DNA of 64,000 bases from a bacterium (lineage in GTDB: Bacteria > Patescibacteriota > Minisyncoccia > UBA6257 > GWB1-50-10), in contig JAJYXV010000003.1 of NCBI GenBank assembly GCA_021801565.1, forward strand, positions 132,894 to 196,893, in the 5' to 3' direction. The position numbers and the translations under genes were made by a program. A model generated the notes under the pieces. The model did not search any database. It worked only from the letters and a program-made list of their open reading frames with translations, and was not told the origin of the DNA. Positions 30,912 through 40,243 of the stretch are shown one piece after another (position 1 is the stretch's first letter; each line of letters begins with the position of its first letter).

Positions 30912-33908
30912 ATGAAAAGAGGAGAAGAAAAATTTAATGAATTATATTTGAAATTAAATCCCGCACAGAAAGAAGCGGTAGATGCGATTGAAGGACCAGT
31001 GATGGTTGTGGCGGGACCAGGAACGGGAAAGACACAGATCTTAACACTTCGCATCGCAAATATTTTGAGAAAAACCGATACGCAGCCGGAAAATATTTTA
31101 GCGCTCACGTTTACTGAATCGGGAACAACGTCAATGAGAAAGAGATTAGTTGAAATTATCGGAAGCCCGGCATATGGAGTGGTGATTAATACGTTTCATG
31201 GATTTTGCAATGATGTGATAAAAAATTATCCGGAAGAATTTCCGCGCATTATAGGTTCCCAGAATATTACAGAAATTGATCAGGTGCGCGTTTTAGAATC
31301 TATTATTGATTCGTTGCCGCTTAAAGAATTAAAACCGTTTGGAGACACATTTTATTATTTGCGCGCGACACTTTCGAACATTAATAAACTGAAGCAAGAA
31401 GGAATAAACACCGGGAAATTTTCTGAGATAGTAAAAAAAGAGGAAATTGATTTTCACAAAATTGAAGATCTATATCACGTGAAAGGCGCGCATGCGGGGA
31501 AAATGAAAGGAGAATACCAAAAACTTTTAAAGCAGATAGAGAAAAATAAAGAACTCGTTTCCATATTTGATGAATATCAGAAAGAACTTGCACGGAGAAG
31601 ATATTATGACTATAGCGATATGATTATGGAAGTATATGAAGCATTTATGCGGAACAGCAATTTATTACTAATGCTTCAAGAACAGCATCAGTATATATTG
31701 GTTGACGAGCATCAGGACACGAATAATGCGCAAAATAAGATTTTGGAACTTCTTTCAAGTTTTTATGAAAACCCGAATATATTCGTAGTAGGGGATGAAA
31801 AGCAGGCAATATTTCGATTTCAAGGGGCATCACTTGAAAATTTTCTTTATTTCAAAAAAAAGTATCCAAATGCGAAATTAATCACACTTGAGGAAAATTA
31901 TCGTTCAACACAAGCGATTCTTGATTCTGCGCATAGTCTTATTTCCACTGAGAAAAAGTTGAAAGCTCGTCCATCCCATATCAACAAGAAAATCGAGATA
32001 TATCCGTGTATATCTATGGAATCAGAGTATTTTTTTGTCGCCGAGGAAATATCAAAAAAAATAAATAAAGATCATATACTTCCGCACGAGATAGCGGTTC
32101 TCTATCGGGATAATAAAGATGTTATTCCACTCGCCCAGGTATTTGAGAAATACGAAATTCCGTTTGTGGTCGAATCTGACCAAAATATTCTTGAGGATAT
32201 TGATATTCGGAAGTTGTTGCTTCTTCTCCGCGCAATTGATGATTTCAGTCGAGAGGATCTTTTTATTGAAGCACTTCATATAGATTTTTTACGCATATCT
32301 CCAATTGATATTTATGTGCTGGTGGATTATCGGAACAGAGAAAGATCATCTGTTCTTGATATCATGCGTTTTTCGGAAGTTATAGATTCGCTGAAGCTTG
32401 AATCGTCCGATACTATAAAAGAATTTTATAAAAACTTTTCTCACTGGAAGTTGATAAGTAAAAACAAAGACTGCGTTGTGTTTTTTGAAGAATTAGTGCG
32501 TGAATCTGGGTTCCTCTCTCATATTCTTCGTCTGCCTAATGCGGTCGAAAAAATGGATAAACTGCTTCGGTTGTTTGATGAAATAAAATCACTTGCCGAA
32601 GTGCATCGCGGGTTCACACTTGGAGATTTTCTGAAATATCTTGAAACCCTTGAAAAACATCATGTTGCAATAAAAAAAAGCGGAACACGCAAGATTCTCT
32701 CACAAGTGCGCTGCATGACTGCACACCGAGCAAAAGGACTTGAATTTGAATGTGTATATATTATCAATGCATATAACGGACATTGGGGAAACAAAAGAAA
32801 GTTAAATGTATTACCGCTTCCCACAAGAGTGTTTTCACTTTTTGATGAAACACTTACATACAACGAAGATGATGACGAACGGAGATTATTTTATGTGGCA
32901 CTTACTCGGGCAAAAAAAGAGGTAATAATTACCTATGCGAAAACCGATGAATCTGGAAAAGAAAAAATTCCGACACAATTTTTAAGTGAAATACAGAGCG
33001 ATCTAGTTGAAATAAAAGACACTGAAGAATTTGATAAAAAACATTCTTTGCAACGGGAAACTCTTTTTGCTCCGCGCACGATATCGGGAGTTGAGATAAA
33101 GAATAAAGAGTTCGTAAGAGAAATATTTTTGAGGAATGGATTATCAGTAACCGGTTTAAACAATTATCTTACGTGTCCGTGGCGATATTTTTACACGAAT
33201 TTACTCCGTATTCCAAAAGCAAAAACAAAGCATCAAATGTATGGCACTGCAATTCACGGAGCACTTCATGATTTTTTTGAGACGTTAAAACAGAGAGAAA
33301 TAGGAAAAGAATTTTTGGTACAAAAATTCGAATTTTATCTTGGACGTGAACCGCTTACTCAGAATGATTACACGGAATCAATTGAAAAAGGGAAAATATC
33401 ACTTGGCGGATATTATGATGTATATAATGGAAAATGGAACACTCGCACACTTACTGAGTTTGATATTCAAGGAGTCATGCTCTCTCCGGACATTCGTCTC
33501 ACGGGGAAAATAGACAAAATTGAAATATTGAATGATAAGGGTGAGGTAACTGTAGTTGATTACAAGACCGGAAAACCGAAGTCGCGCGGAGAAATAGAGG
33601 GACTTACAAAATCTTCTCACGGTCCGCCAGCTGGCGGAATAAAGCGCCAGCTCGTGTTTTATAAATTACTTCTCGATCTCTATAAAGAAGGAAAGAAATT
33701 TACTATGATTTCGGGGGATATTGATTTTATAGAGCCTGACGAAAGAGGAAACTACAAAAAAGAACAATATAAGATACTTCCAGAAGAAATAGAAGGGCTT
33801 AAGGACACTATTATGAACGTTTCTGATGAAATTTTAAATCTTTCTTTTTGGGATTCTTTTTGTGATGAAAAAGATTGTGAGTTTTGTGGGTTGAGAAGAA
33901 TGATGTGA
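30912..33908 (+). CDS. UvrD/PcrA-like helicase fused to C-terminal PD-(D/E)xK nuclease with Cys ligands (AddA/AdnB-like)
   Basis: AGPGTGKT, LVDEHQD, ENYRS, YVALTRAK; GKIDKI...VDYKTG; terminal C..C. Confidence 0.93.
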   Translation: MKRGEEKFNELYLKLNPAQKEAVDAIEGPVMVVAGPGTGKTQILTLRIANILRKTDTQPENILALTFTESGTTSMRKRLVEIIGSPAYGVVINTFHGFCNDVIKNYPEEFPRIIGSQNITEIDQVRVLESIIDSLPLKELKPFGDTFYYLRATLSNINKLKQEGINTGKFSEIVKKEEIDFHKIEDLYHVKGAHAGKMKGEYQKLLKQIEKNKELVSIFDEYQKELARRRYYDYSDMIMEVYEAFMRNSNLLLMLQEQHQYILVDEHQDTNNAQNKILELLSSFYENPNIFVVGDEKQAIFRFQGASLENFLYFKKKYPNAKLITLEENYRSTQAILDSAHSLISTEKKLKARPSHINKKIEIYPCISMESEYFFVAEEISKKINKDHILPHEIAVLYRDNKDVIPLAQVFEKYEIPFVVESDQNILEDIDIRKLLLLLRAIDDFSREDLFIEALHIDFLRISPIDIYVLVDYRNRERSSVLDIMRFSEVIDSLKLESSDTIKEFYKNFSHWKLISKNKDCVVFFEELVRESGFLSHILRLPNAVEKMDKLLRLFDEIKSLAEVHRGFTLGDFLKYLETLEKHHVAIKKSGTRKILSQVRCMTAHRAKGLEFECVYIINAYNGHWGNKRKLNVLPLPTRVFSLFDETLTYNEDDDERRLFYVALTRAKKEVIITYAKTDESGKEKIPTQFLSEIQSDLVEIKDTEEFDKKHSLQRETLFAPRTISGVEIKNKEFVREIFLRNGLSVTGLNNYLTCPWRYFYTNLLRIPKAKTKHQMYGTAIHGALHDFFETLKQREIGKEFLVQKFEFYLGREPLTQNDYTESIEKGKISLGGYYDVYNGKWNTRTLTEFDIQGVMLSPDIRLTGKIDKIEILNDKGEVTVVDYKTGKPKSRGEIEGLTKSSHGPPAGGIKRQLVFYKLLLDLYKEGKKFTMISGDIDFIEPDERGNYKKEQYKILPEEIEGLKDTIMNVSDEILNLSFWDSFCDEKDCEFCGLRRMM

Positions 33909-34223
33909 TTAAAGCGGTTTTTTGACCAATAGAAGGCTTTTTTGTTTTTCTTTTTTTATTGCGTAATATGTTCCGAGCCATCCCCCAATAACCATTGGTA
34001 TAATATAGAGAAGGTTTTCAACATAATTAAGAACGCCAAAAGCACTAATAGCATAAAGAAGAGCTCCGAATGTAGCCGCAGAAGACGCTTTCAGGTTTGC
34101 TACAAAAAGCGTGTATCGAGCGTATAACCAATCATAAACAAAATATGCGATAAACATCGCAAGTACCAACCATAAATCAAGATCATTCCACGCCCATACA
34201 AGTTTTTCTATTATATTTTCCAT
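33909..34223 (-). CDS. Hypothetical membrane protein
   Basis: Three TM segments. Confidence 0.65.
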   Translation of the reverse strand: MENIIEKLVWAWNDLDLWLVLAMFIAYFVYDWLYARYTLFVANLKASSAATFGALLYAISAFGVLNYVENLLYIIPMVIGGWLGTYYAIKKEKQKSLLLVKKPL

Positions 34224-34385
34224 TATTATATTTTAATATATATTTTTATTTTTGTAAATAGAATGAATTAACATGGATAAAATTTTATTCTGTTTTTTAA
34301 ATAAAGCAGTTTACATGTAATTAAATTTGGAAGGAGAAAAAAATTGTGAATACATAAAAACGGGCCTCTTAGAAAAGGCTTGTTT

Positions 34386-35348
34386 TTATTTTTCGCTTTT
34401 TATTTTGTTGAGGATCTTTTTTACTTCATCGATCCCATTTCCTTCGGTGAGGGAAATGGGAATTGGGGATATCTTCAATTTTTTTAGTTCATTCATTTTT
34501 TTCTTTATTTCTGTTTCTTTGAATAAATCACTTTTTGTGAGGAACACATATTCTTTTTTTTCCGCGAGAATTTTGCTAAATGAAGAAAGTTCGTTTTGTA
34601 TAATGCGATAGTCGCGAGTTATGTTTTCTGACTCCAATGAAATAAGATGAAAAAGCACTTTTGTGCGTTCAATGTGCCTCAAAAACTTTATTCCCAATCC
34701 TTTTCCTAAAGAAGCGCCTTCGATAAGTCCGGGAATATCTGCGAGAATAAGTTCATAATACATTCCGAGATGTGGCTCAAGCGTAGTAAATTGGTAGTTT
34801 GCCACCTTACTCTTTGCGTTTGTGAGTGCGTTTAATAAACTTGATTTTCCGGCATTTGGGAGACCAATAAGACCAACGTCGGCAATAAGTTTTAACTCAA
34901 GGCGGATTTCAAATAATTCTCCTGGAGTTCCGTATTGAAATTCCTTTGGGGAAGTGTTTACTGATGATCGAAAATGAAAATTTCCCTTTCCGCCCCTTCC
35001 TCCTTTTGCAATCAACACTTGTTCTCCGATTTTTGTTATTTCCTCGTCAATGCCGTTTGTAAGATTGTGTATAACGGTTCCAACCGGAACAGGAATAATA
35101 AGATCCTTTCCCATTCGCCCGTCCCGAAATTGAGAACGTCCTTCCTGTCCATTTTCTGCGCTCAGTTCCTTTTTGAAGCGGTATTGATTTAATGCACTTA
35201 AATCTACAACACCTTTTGCATATACGCTTCCTCCATTCCCTCCATGTGTTCCGGTAGGTCCGAGGCTTTTCATGTTGCTATTGAATGCTACTGCTCCATT
35301 TCCTCCATTGCCGGCTTTTACTTTTATAATTACATCATCAACAAGCAT
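34386..35348 (-). CDS. obgE: Obg GTPase
   Basis: AGNGGNG Gly-rich domain, GLPNAGKS, FTTLEP, DIPGLIEGA; start at MLVDD. Confidence 0.96.
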   Translation of the reverse strand: MLVDDVIIKVKAGNGGNGAVAFNSNMKSLGPTGTHGGNGGSVYAKGVVDLSALNQYRFKKELSAENGQEGRSQFRDGRMGKDLIIPVPVGTVIHNLTNGIDEEITKIGEQVLIAKGGRGGKGNFHFRSSVNTSPKEFQYGTPGELFEIRLELKLIADVGLIGLPNAGKSSLLNALTNAKSKVANYQFTTLEPHLGMYYELILADIPGLIEGASLGKGLGIKFLRHIERTKVLFHLISLESENITRDYRIIQNELSSFSKILAEKKEYVFLTKSDLFKETEIKKKMNELKKLKISPIPISLTEGNGIDEVKKILNKIKSEK

Positions 35349-35423
35349 GAATTCATCATATATCCTTTTTTTTATTTTGTAACGATTGAGAAAATGATAA
35401 TGTGATGGTAAAGTGGAATTGTT

Positions 35424-36296
35424 ATGGATAATTTTCTTGTTCTTACAACCCATCCATCCGGAGGATATGAACTTTTGGATAGCGGAGAAGGGGAAAAATT
35501 GGAACGCTACGGAGAATTTATTCTTTCGCGTCCCGATCCGCAGGCATTGTGGAAAAAAGAAAAACCGGATGCAGAATGGAAAAAGGTTAGTGCATTTTTT
35601 TCACGTGATGCGCAAAATGCGCAGTGGGTAATAAAAAATAATCTTCCTGAAAAATGGAGTGTTGAAATTGATGGGTTGCATTTTTGGATACATCTCGGGG
35701 CATTCAAACATACCGGCGTTTTTCCTGAACAAGCTTCAAACTGGAGATGGATTGAAGAACAAATAAAGGAATCAAAGCGGAAAGTTTCGGTGTTAAATTT
35801 ATTTGGGTACACGGGAGGAGCAACACTTGCAGCGGCACGTGCAGGAGCAAGCGTGTGTCATCTTGACGGATCGAAGGTCGCAATAAACTGGGCGAAAGAA
35901 AATGCCAAATTTTCCGGATTAAAAAATGCTCCGATTCGATGGATTCTTGATGATGCAATAAAATTTCTGAAACGTGAAATAAAGCGGGGGAAAAAATATG
36001 ATGGAATTATTATGGATCCTCCCGCATTTGGTCATGGGCCGGGAGGGGAGTTGTGGAAAATTGAAGACGATTTAATTCCGCTTTTTGATTTATGCGGTGA
36101 AGTGTTATCTTCGGAGCCAATTTTCTTTTTGGTGAATGGATATGCCTCTGGTTATTCGGCAATTGCATATAAAAATAATCTTGCCCATGTTATGGAGGCG
36201 TATAAAGGTGAGATAGAAATAGGCGAACTCACTATTGAGGAATCAAAAACAAAACGCCTGCTTCCCTGCGGTATTTTTGCCCGATGGAGTAAGTAA
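35424..36296 (+). CDS. SAM-dependent methyltransferase (RlmI/RlmK-like)
   Basis: HTGVFPEQ, LNLFGYTG, MDPPAF. Confidence 0.9.
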   Translation: MDNFLVLTTHPSGGYELLDSGEGEKLERYGEFILSRPDPQALWKKEKPDAEWKKVSAFFSRDAQNAQWVIKNNLPEKWSVEIDGLHFWIHLGAFKHTGVFPEQASNWRWIEEQIKESKRKVSVLNLFGYTGGATLAAARAGASVCHLDGSKVAINWAKENAKFSGLKNAPIRWILDDAIKFLKREIKRGKKYDGIIMDPPAFGHGPGGELWKIEDDLIPLFDLCGEVLSSEPIFFLVNGYASGYSAIAYKNNLAHVMEAYKGEIEIGELTIEESKTKRLLPCGIFARWSK

Positions 36297-36470
36297 TGTG
36301 TAAAAAAAATAATAATTCACATCCGGCCATGCCATAGCATAGCGGGTATGGGTTGAGACCACTATGATGCGTCATAGTGGCTTTTGTGTCTTAGGTTTTA
36401 TATTTTTGTTGACGAAGATGTATTTATGTTTTATTCTTTTGATAGATATTTTAAACATAGTGGAGAAATA

Positions 36471-37136
36471 ATGGATAAGGAAAAATTACAACAGAGAATT
36501 GCTGAACTATTAAGTGGTATTGGAGCAATTCATAATCAAGGTTCTTTTCTCCGTCTTCTTCTCGTGTTACTCAAATTGCGGAAGATTAAAGAAAAGCCAT
36601 ATCAATGGGCAGTCACTAAGGTTCTTATGGAATTACTCAACGTTCTTCCAAGGCAAGTGCCAAAGTGGAAAGGGGATTCGATTGAAATTTGTCAAAAAAT
36701 TGCACTTGATATTTTTTCGACACTTTCCGATATGGAAATAAAGGAAGTAAAGGGAGTGATTGAAAATCTTCTTCCGGAACGCGAAAAAATAAGGACTTTT
36801 GTAAAACATACCATAAGAACAAAAGTGAAAGATGCGTGGAATAATCTTGATGAAGAAATGACGGATGAAAAACGAATTTTTGAAGCAGCAAACGAGGCTT
36901 GTGCGATGGATCAGCTTGATGCGTTCAAATTTTTCAATCGTCTGAATAATTCTGTTCATTCGTTTTATGAAATAATGAAAAAATACCTTGAGGCAGAAAA
37001 GTTTGAAAGAGTTGAGGAAAACGATCGTTGTATCATAGGACGGAAGGGGAATCGCTGTATTATAATTACTGCAACGATTTCTCAAGGATACGTTTATGTT
37101 GGAATTGATACACTTTTTATTCCTCCCCAGAGATAA
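36471..37136 (+). CDS. Hypothetical protein
   Basis: GGAG SD-like site before MDKEK; terminator downstream. Confidence 0.6.
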   Translation: MDKEKLQQRIAELLSGIGAIHNQGSFLRLLLVLLKLRKIKEKPYQWAVTKVLMELLNVLPRQVPKWKGDSIEICQKIALDIFSTLSDMEIKEVKGVIENLLPEREKIRTFVKHTIRTKVKDAWNNLDEEMTDEKRIFEAANEACAMDQLDAFKFFNRLNNSVHSFYEIMKKYLEAEKFERVEENDRCIIGRKGNRCIIITATISQGYVYVGIDTLFIPPQR

Positions 37137-37176
37137 ATTATAAACCCCTTTTCACAAGGGGTTTTTATCTGACCTT

Positions 37177-37218
37177 ATATCCTCACTTCATCCACATATG
37201 TGGATGAAGTGAGGATAT
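37177..37218. repeat. 42-bp perfect palindrome
   Basis: ATATCCTCACTTCATCCACAT|ATGTGGATGAAGTGAGGATAT. Confidence 0.9.
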
Positions 37219-37288
37219 GGTGATTTTGTTATAAAATATATCTTTTTATTGAAAAATATTGAATTTGTTGGTACGATATTTTTGCCAT

Positions 37289-37331
37289 TGCCGGATCGCC
37301 TGCTTGCGCAGGCAGGTCTAATGGTAGGACA
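37289..37331 (+). pseudogene. tRNA-Gln 5' relic split by an 18-nt hairpin insert (37299-37316)
   Basis: TGCCGGATCG + CCTGCTTGCGCAGGCAGG + TCTAATGGTAGGACA; 24/25 to intact tRNA-Gln 5' end. Confidence 0.9.
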
Positions 37332-37336
37332 TAAGT

Positions 37337-37585
37337 ATGTGGAATGTGTACATTTTGAAAAGTGAGGGTCGTAATTGGTTTTATGTTGGGAGCACCAATG
37401 ATCTAACGCGTTGCATCAAAGAACACGAAAACGGAAAGGTACAATCGACAAAAAGTTATCGTCCACTCACCTTAGTTTTTACCAAAGAATTTGACGAGGA
37501 ACGAGATGCAGGGGCATATGAGCGTAAATTAAAAAAATGTAGAATTGAGAAAGAGAGCATAATTAAGAAATTTAATTTATGCTAA
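37337..37585 (+). CDS. Small GIY-YIG nuclease
   Basis: VYILKS...FYVGSTNDL.R...HE.G...STK.YRP, YERKLK. Confidence 0.92.
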   Translation: MWNVYILKSEGRNWFYVGSTNDLTRCIKEHENGKVQSTKSYRPLTLVFTKEFDEERDAGAYERKLKKCRIEKESIIKKFNLC

Positions 37586-37592
37586 ATGATAT

Positions 37593-37663
37593 TGCGGGAT
37601 CGTCTAATGGTAGGACAGCGGACTCTGAATCCGTCAATCTTGGTTCGAATCCAGGTCCCGCAG
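37593..37663 (+). tRNA. tRNA-Gln(CTG)
   Basis: Acceptor TGCGGGA/TCCCGCA, anticodon loop CTCTGAA, GTTCGAATCC. Confidence 0.96.
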
Positions 37664-37761
37664 CACGAGTCAGCACGGTATCGAGGCAAGACCACCTTGC
37701 CTCAGCAACGACCGACTTTCTCCGTCCTTGAAAATGTCATACCGGCTGAGTGCCGTATTCA

Positions 37762-37799
37762 AGACAAAAGGCCGCCGATACATCGGCGGCCTTTTGTCT
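37762..37799. terminator. Strong hairpin downstream of tRNA-Gln
   Basis: 18-bp perfect stem AGACAAAAGGCCGCCGAT/ATCGGCGGCCTTTTGTCT. Confidence 0.7.
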
Positions 37800-37870
37800 G
37801 TGCAGCTTAGGCTTGACTCCAAAACCATATTCATATATTCTTTTAATGCAGAAGATTTGAATACTTGAAT

Positions 37871-38230
37871 ATGGCAAAGGCACACATTATAACAAAAGAT
37901 GGCACGAAAGTAACAATCGAAGGTACCCCTCAGGAGGTGGCTTCTTTAGTCACGCAATTAAAGGGAGGGATACCGCAGACTTCTGTCATATCAAAAACAA
38001 CTAAAAAACACAAAGGACAGGCAAAAGCTACCCCAGTAAACCTAATATCCGAATTTATTGATGGAGGTTTTTTTAAGAAACCTAAAGAGCTTGGCGCTAT
38101 AAAAATTGCGCTCGAGGAGCAGGGACACTACTATCCAGTTACCTCGCTATCCCCGGCGTTGTTGCGACTCGTTCGTAAACGACAACTACGACGAATCAAA
38201 GATAAGAAACGTTGGTTATATGTTAATTAA
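37871..38230 (+). CDS. GFF-motif winged-helix-like protein A
   Basis: GGFFKKPKELGAIKIALEEQGHYY...L.RL...LRR...WLY; paralog of the next three genes. Confidence 0.75.
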   Translation: MAKAHIITKDGTKVTIEGTPQEVASLVTQLKGGIPQTSVISKTTKKHKGQAKATPVNLISEFIDGGFFKKPKELGAIKIALEEQGHYYPVTSLSPALLRLVRKRQLRRIKDKKRWLYVN

Positions 38231-38235
38231 AATAT

Positions 38236-38562
38236 ATGTCTAAAGAAGAAAAAACAATTAAGGATTTACTAACTCGAGTTAAGAAACTCGAAAAGACTGT
38301 TTTTGCCGAGAATAAGGCAAAACCAAAGCTTGATAATAAGCAAATCTTTGTAGGAGCAACAGGTGGATTAAGGCTTTTAATATCTAAAGGATTTTTTGAT
38401 AAAAAAAGAAGTTTCGGGGAAATAAAAAAAGCACTCGCAGACCGGGATTATCACTATAGTAATCAGGCGATACAAACACCCCTTAATAAACTCTCAAGGA
38501 TTGGAGGGCTATTAGTGGGCTTAAAAGAGAGTGGTAAGAAAGCTTATGCAAAAAGAAAATAA
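38236..38562 (+). CDS. GFF-motif winged-helix-like protein B (N-terminal coiled coil)
   Basis: KGFFDKKRSFGEIKKALADRDYHY. Confidence 0.75.
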   Translation: MSKEEKTIKDLLTRVKKLEKTVFAENKAKPKLDNKQIFVGATGGLRLLISKGFFDKKRSFGEIKKALADRDYHYSNQAIQTPLNKLSRIGGLLVGLKESGKKAYAKRK

Positions 38563-38794
38563 TAAAATTGCAAAGAGTGCCCCGGATAGTCTAAAACTTC
38601 TTTGGTTAAAAGGTTTTTTTAAGTCGTGGAAAAATTATGGCCAAATTGTCAAAAATTTATCCGGTCAAGGATATAACTTTTCAATGCCAGAATTAGGCAT
38701 GGCGTTAAAACGTGCAAAGCATCTTACTAGGAGAGGTAAAAGAACCGGCTATGAGTATATTCAAAAGTATCCCTTTACCTCAGATGAAAAATAA
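38546..38794 (+). CDS. GFF-motif winged-helix-like protein C
   Basis: LWLKGFFKSWKNYGQIVKNLSGQGYNF...YIQKYP. Confidence 0.75.
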   Translation: MQKENNKIAKSAPDSLKLLWLKGFFKSWKNYGQIVKNLSGQGYNFSMPELGMALKRAKHLTRRGKRTGYEYIQKYPFTSDEK

Positions 38795-39473
38795 GAACTC
38801 AATTTCACTACCAGAATTATTGAAAGTCCTTTGGCAGGAAGGATTCTTTTCAGATGAAAAAGAGCTTTCAGAGATATCTGGAGGTTTTGCTGCAAAAGGT
38901 TATCATTTTAAATCTTCAAGTCTCAGTGTGGCCCTTATACGCGCAGTCAAATCAAGTGGGTTTTTGAATAGGATAAAAGAGTCTGGTAAATGGAAATATA
39001 TTCAGAAACATCCAATAACATCGCCATCTGGGCAACGCATTGCTTTGTTCGAAAGATACGACTTGCATCCCAAAGTAAAAGAGGTTGCCTTCAAACAGTT
39101 TGAAGATGGGTATTTTAAAGAAGCAATTCAGAATGCGCTTGTCGAAGTTATTGAGCAAGTAAAAATCAAAGCAAAAAGACCTAAAAATGCAAATGGACAT
39201 GATCTCGATGGAGATGACCTAATGAACCAGGTTTTTGGTTGCGATAATCAACATCCTAAAATTAAATTTAATAATTTAAAAACAAGTCTTGATAAAGCAG
39301 AACAAAGAGGGCTAATGAATTTATTCAAGGGAATCGTCGGAATTAGAGACAAAAAAGCCCATCTTAATTTTATACAAAAAGATCATCTTAAAACTATTGA
39401 ATATTTATCTCTCGCTAGTTTATTAATGCGGCTTTTAGATGAATTTGCCTTAACTCGCAGGAAAGATAAATAA
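38784..39473 (+). CDS. GFF-motif domain fused to TIGR02391 (HEPN-like) domain
   Basis: LWQEGFF...GYHF...YIQKHP, then LHP.V...F.DG.F..A, DG.DLM..VF, EQRGLMNLFKG..GIRDKKAH (Rx4H). Confidence 0.8.
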   Translation: MKNKNSISLPELLKVLWQEGFFSDEKELSEISGGFAAKGYHFKSSSLSVALIRAVKSSGFLNRIKESGKWKYIQKHPITSPSGQRIALFERYDLHPKVKEVAFKQFEDGYFKEAIQNALVEVIEQVKIKAKRPKNANGHDLDGDDLMNQVFGCDNQHPKIKFNNLKTSLDKAEQRGLMNLFKGIVGIRDKKAHLNFIQKDHLKTIEYLSLASLLMRLLDEFALTRRKDK

Positions 39474-39474
39474 T

Positions 39475-40215
39475 ATGGATTTTTCGAAAAATATAAGAGC
39501 ATTTTTAAGCAGTTTGCCGATAAAAGATTTGAGTGGCCACCAAATTTTTTTGGCAATAGCGACTTATTGTGCGAGCGGTGACACTTCTGATCAAGTTAAC
39601 ATTGCTGATGTACGCGATAGATGGCCAATGTCCTTATTAAGGAAAAAATATAATACAAATTTTTATACCCGAGCCCAAACGGAAGGATGGGTTGATCCAG
39701 TTGGGCAAGGGATTTTTATTATAAAAGATGAAGGATTACAACATCTCGAAGATTTAGTTGGATCTATCAATAAGAACATTGCTTCTTTAAACAATACTGG
39801 CCTTTTTATTTTTGATAAAAAAGATACCCACTCTTTTGATAAATTTTTGCGCACTATTTTTGCAAATGCCAAATCCAGAGTGCTTATAGCAGATTCTTGG
39901 GTTGATGAAACAATTTTTGACAATGTACTTGATAGTATTCCTAAAACACTTGATATCAACTTAATTTATGGCCAAAAGAAAGGAATATTTGATAGTCGTA
40001 TAGTCCGCTTTAAAAAACAATATTCAAAGTTTGTTGTTAAAAGATATAAAGATCTTCATGATAGATTTTTAATCGTTGATAATATGGGTTGCGTCATAGG
40101 CCCATCTTTAAAAAATGCTGCCGAGAAAAGTCCCGCCTTGATAGTTGTTCTGGACAAAAAGGATTCTTTGCTATTAATTAAATTTTTCCAAGTGTTATGG
40201 AAAAAGGCAAAGTAG
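39475..40215 (+). CDS. N-terminal HTH-like domain plus PLD-like nuclease domain
   Basis: AKSRVLIADSWVD and LHDRFLIVD...IGPSLK motifs of HDRF-type PLD-fold domains. Confidence 0.75.
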   Translation: MDFSKNIRAFLSSLPIKDLSGHQIFLAIATYCASGDTSDQVNIADVRDRWPMSLLRKKYNTNFYTRAQTEGWVDPVGQGIFIIKDEGLQHLEDLVGSINKNIASLNNTGLFIFDKKDTHSFDKFLRTIFANAKSRVLIADSWVDETIFDNVLDSIPKTLDINLIYGQKKGIFDSRIVRFKKQYSKFVVKRYKDLHDRFLIVDNMGCVIGPSLKNAAEKSPALIVVLDKKDSLLLIKFFQVLWKKAK

Positions 40216-40243
40216 ATTTTATTAAATAATTTTATTCACATCT

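Noticed and set aside
37289-37663. Group I intron with homing endonuclease in tRNA-Gln or tRNA-Gly
   Set aside because: The downstream tRNA is already complete and there is no room for a ribozyme core
37586-37810. ORFs overlapping tRNAs (also 11057..11278, 23783..23986) and antisense ORFs within rpoB, rpoC, fusA and others
   Set aside because: Shadow frames of real genes
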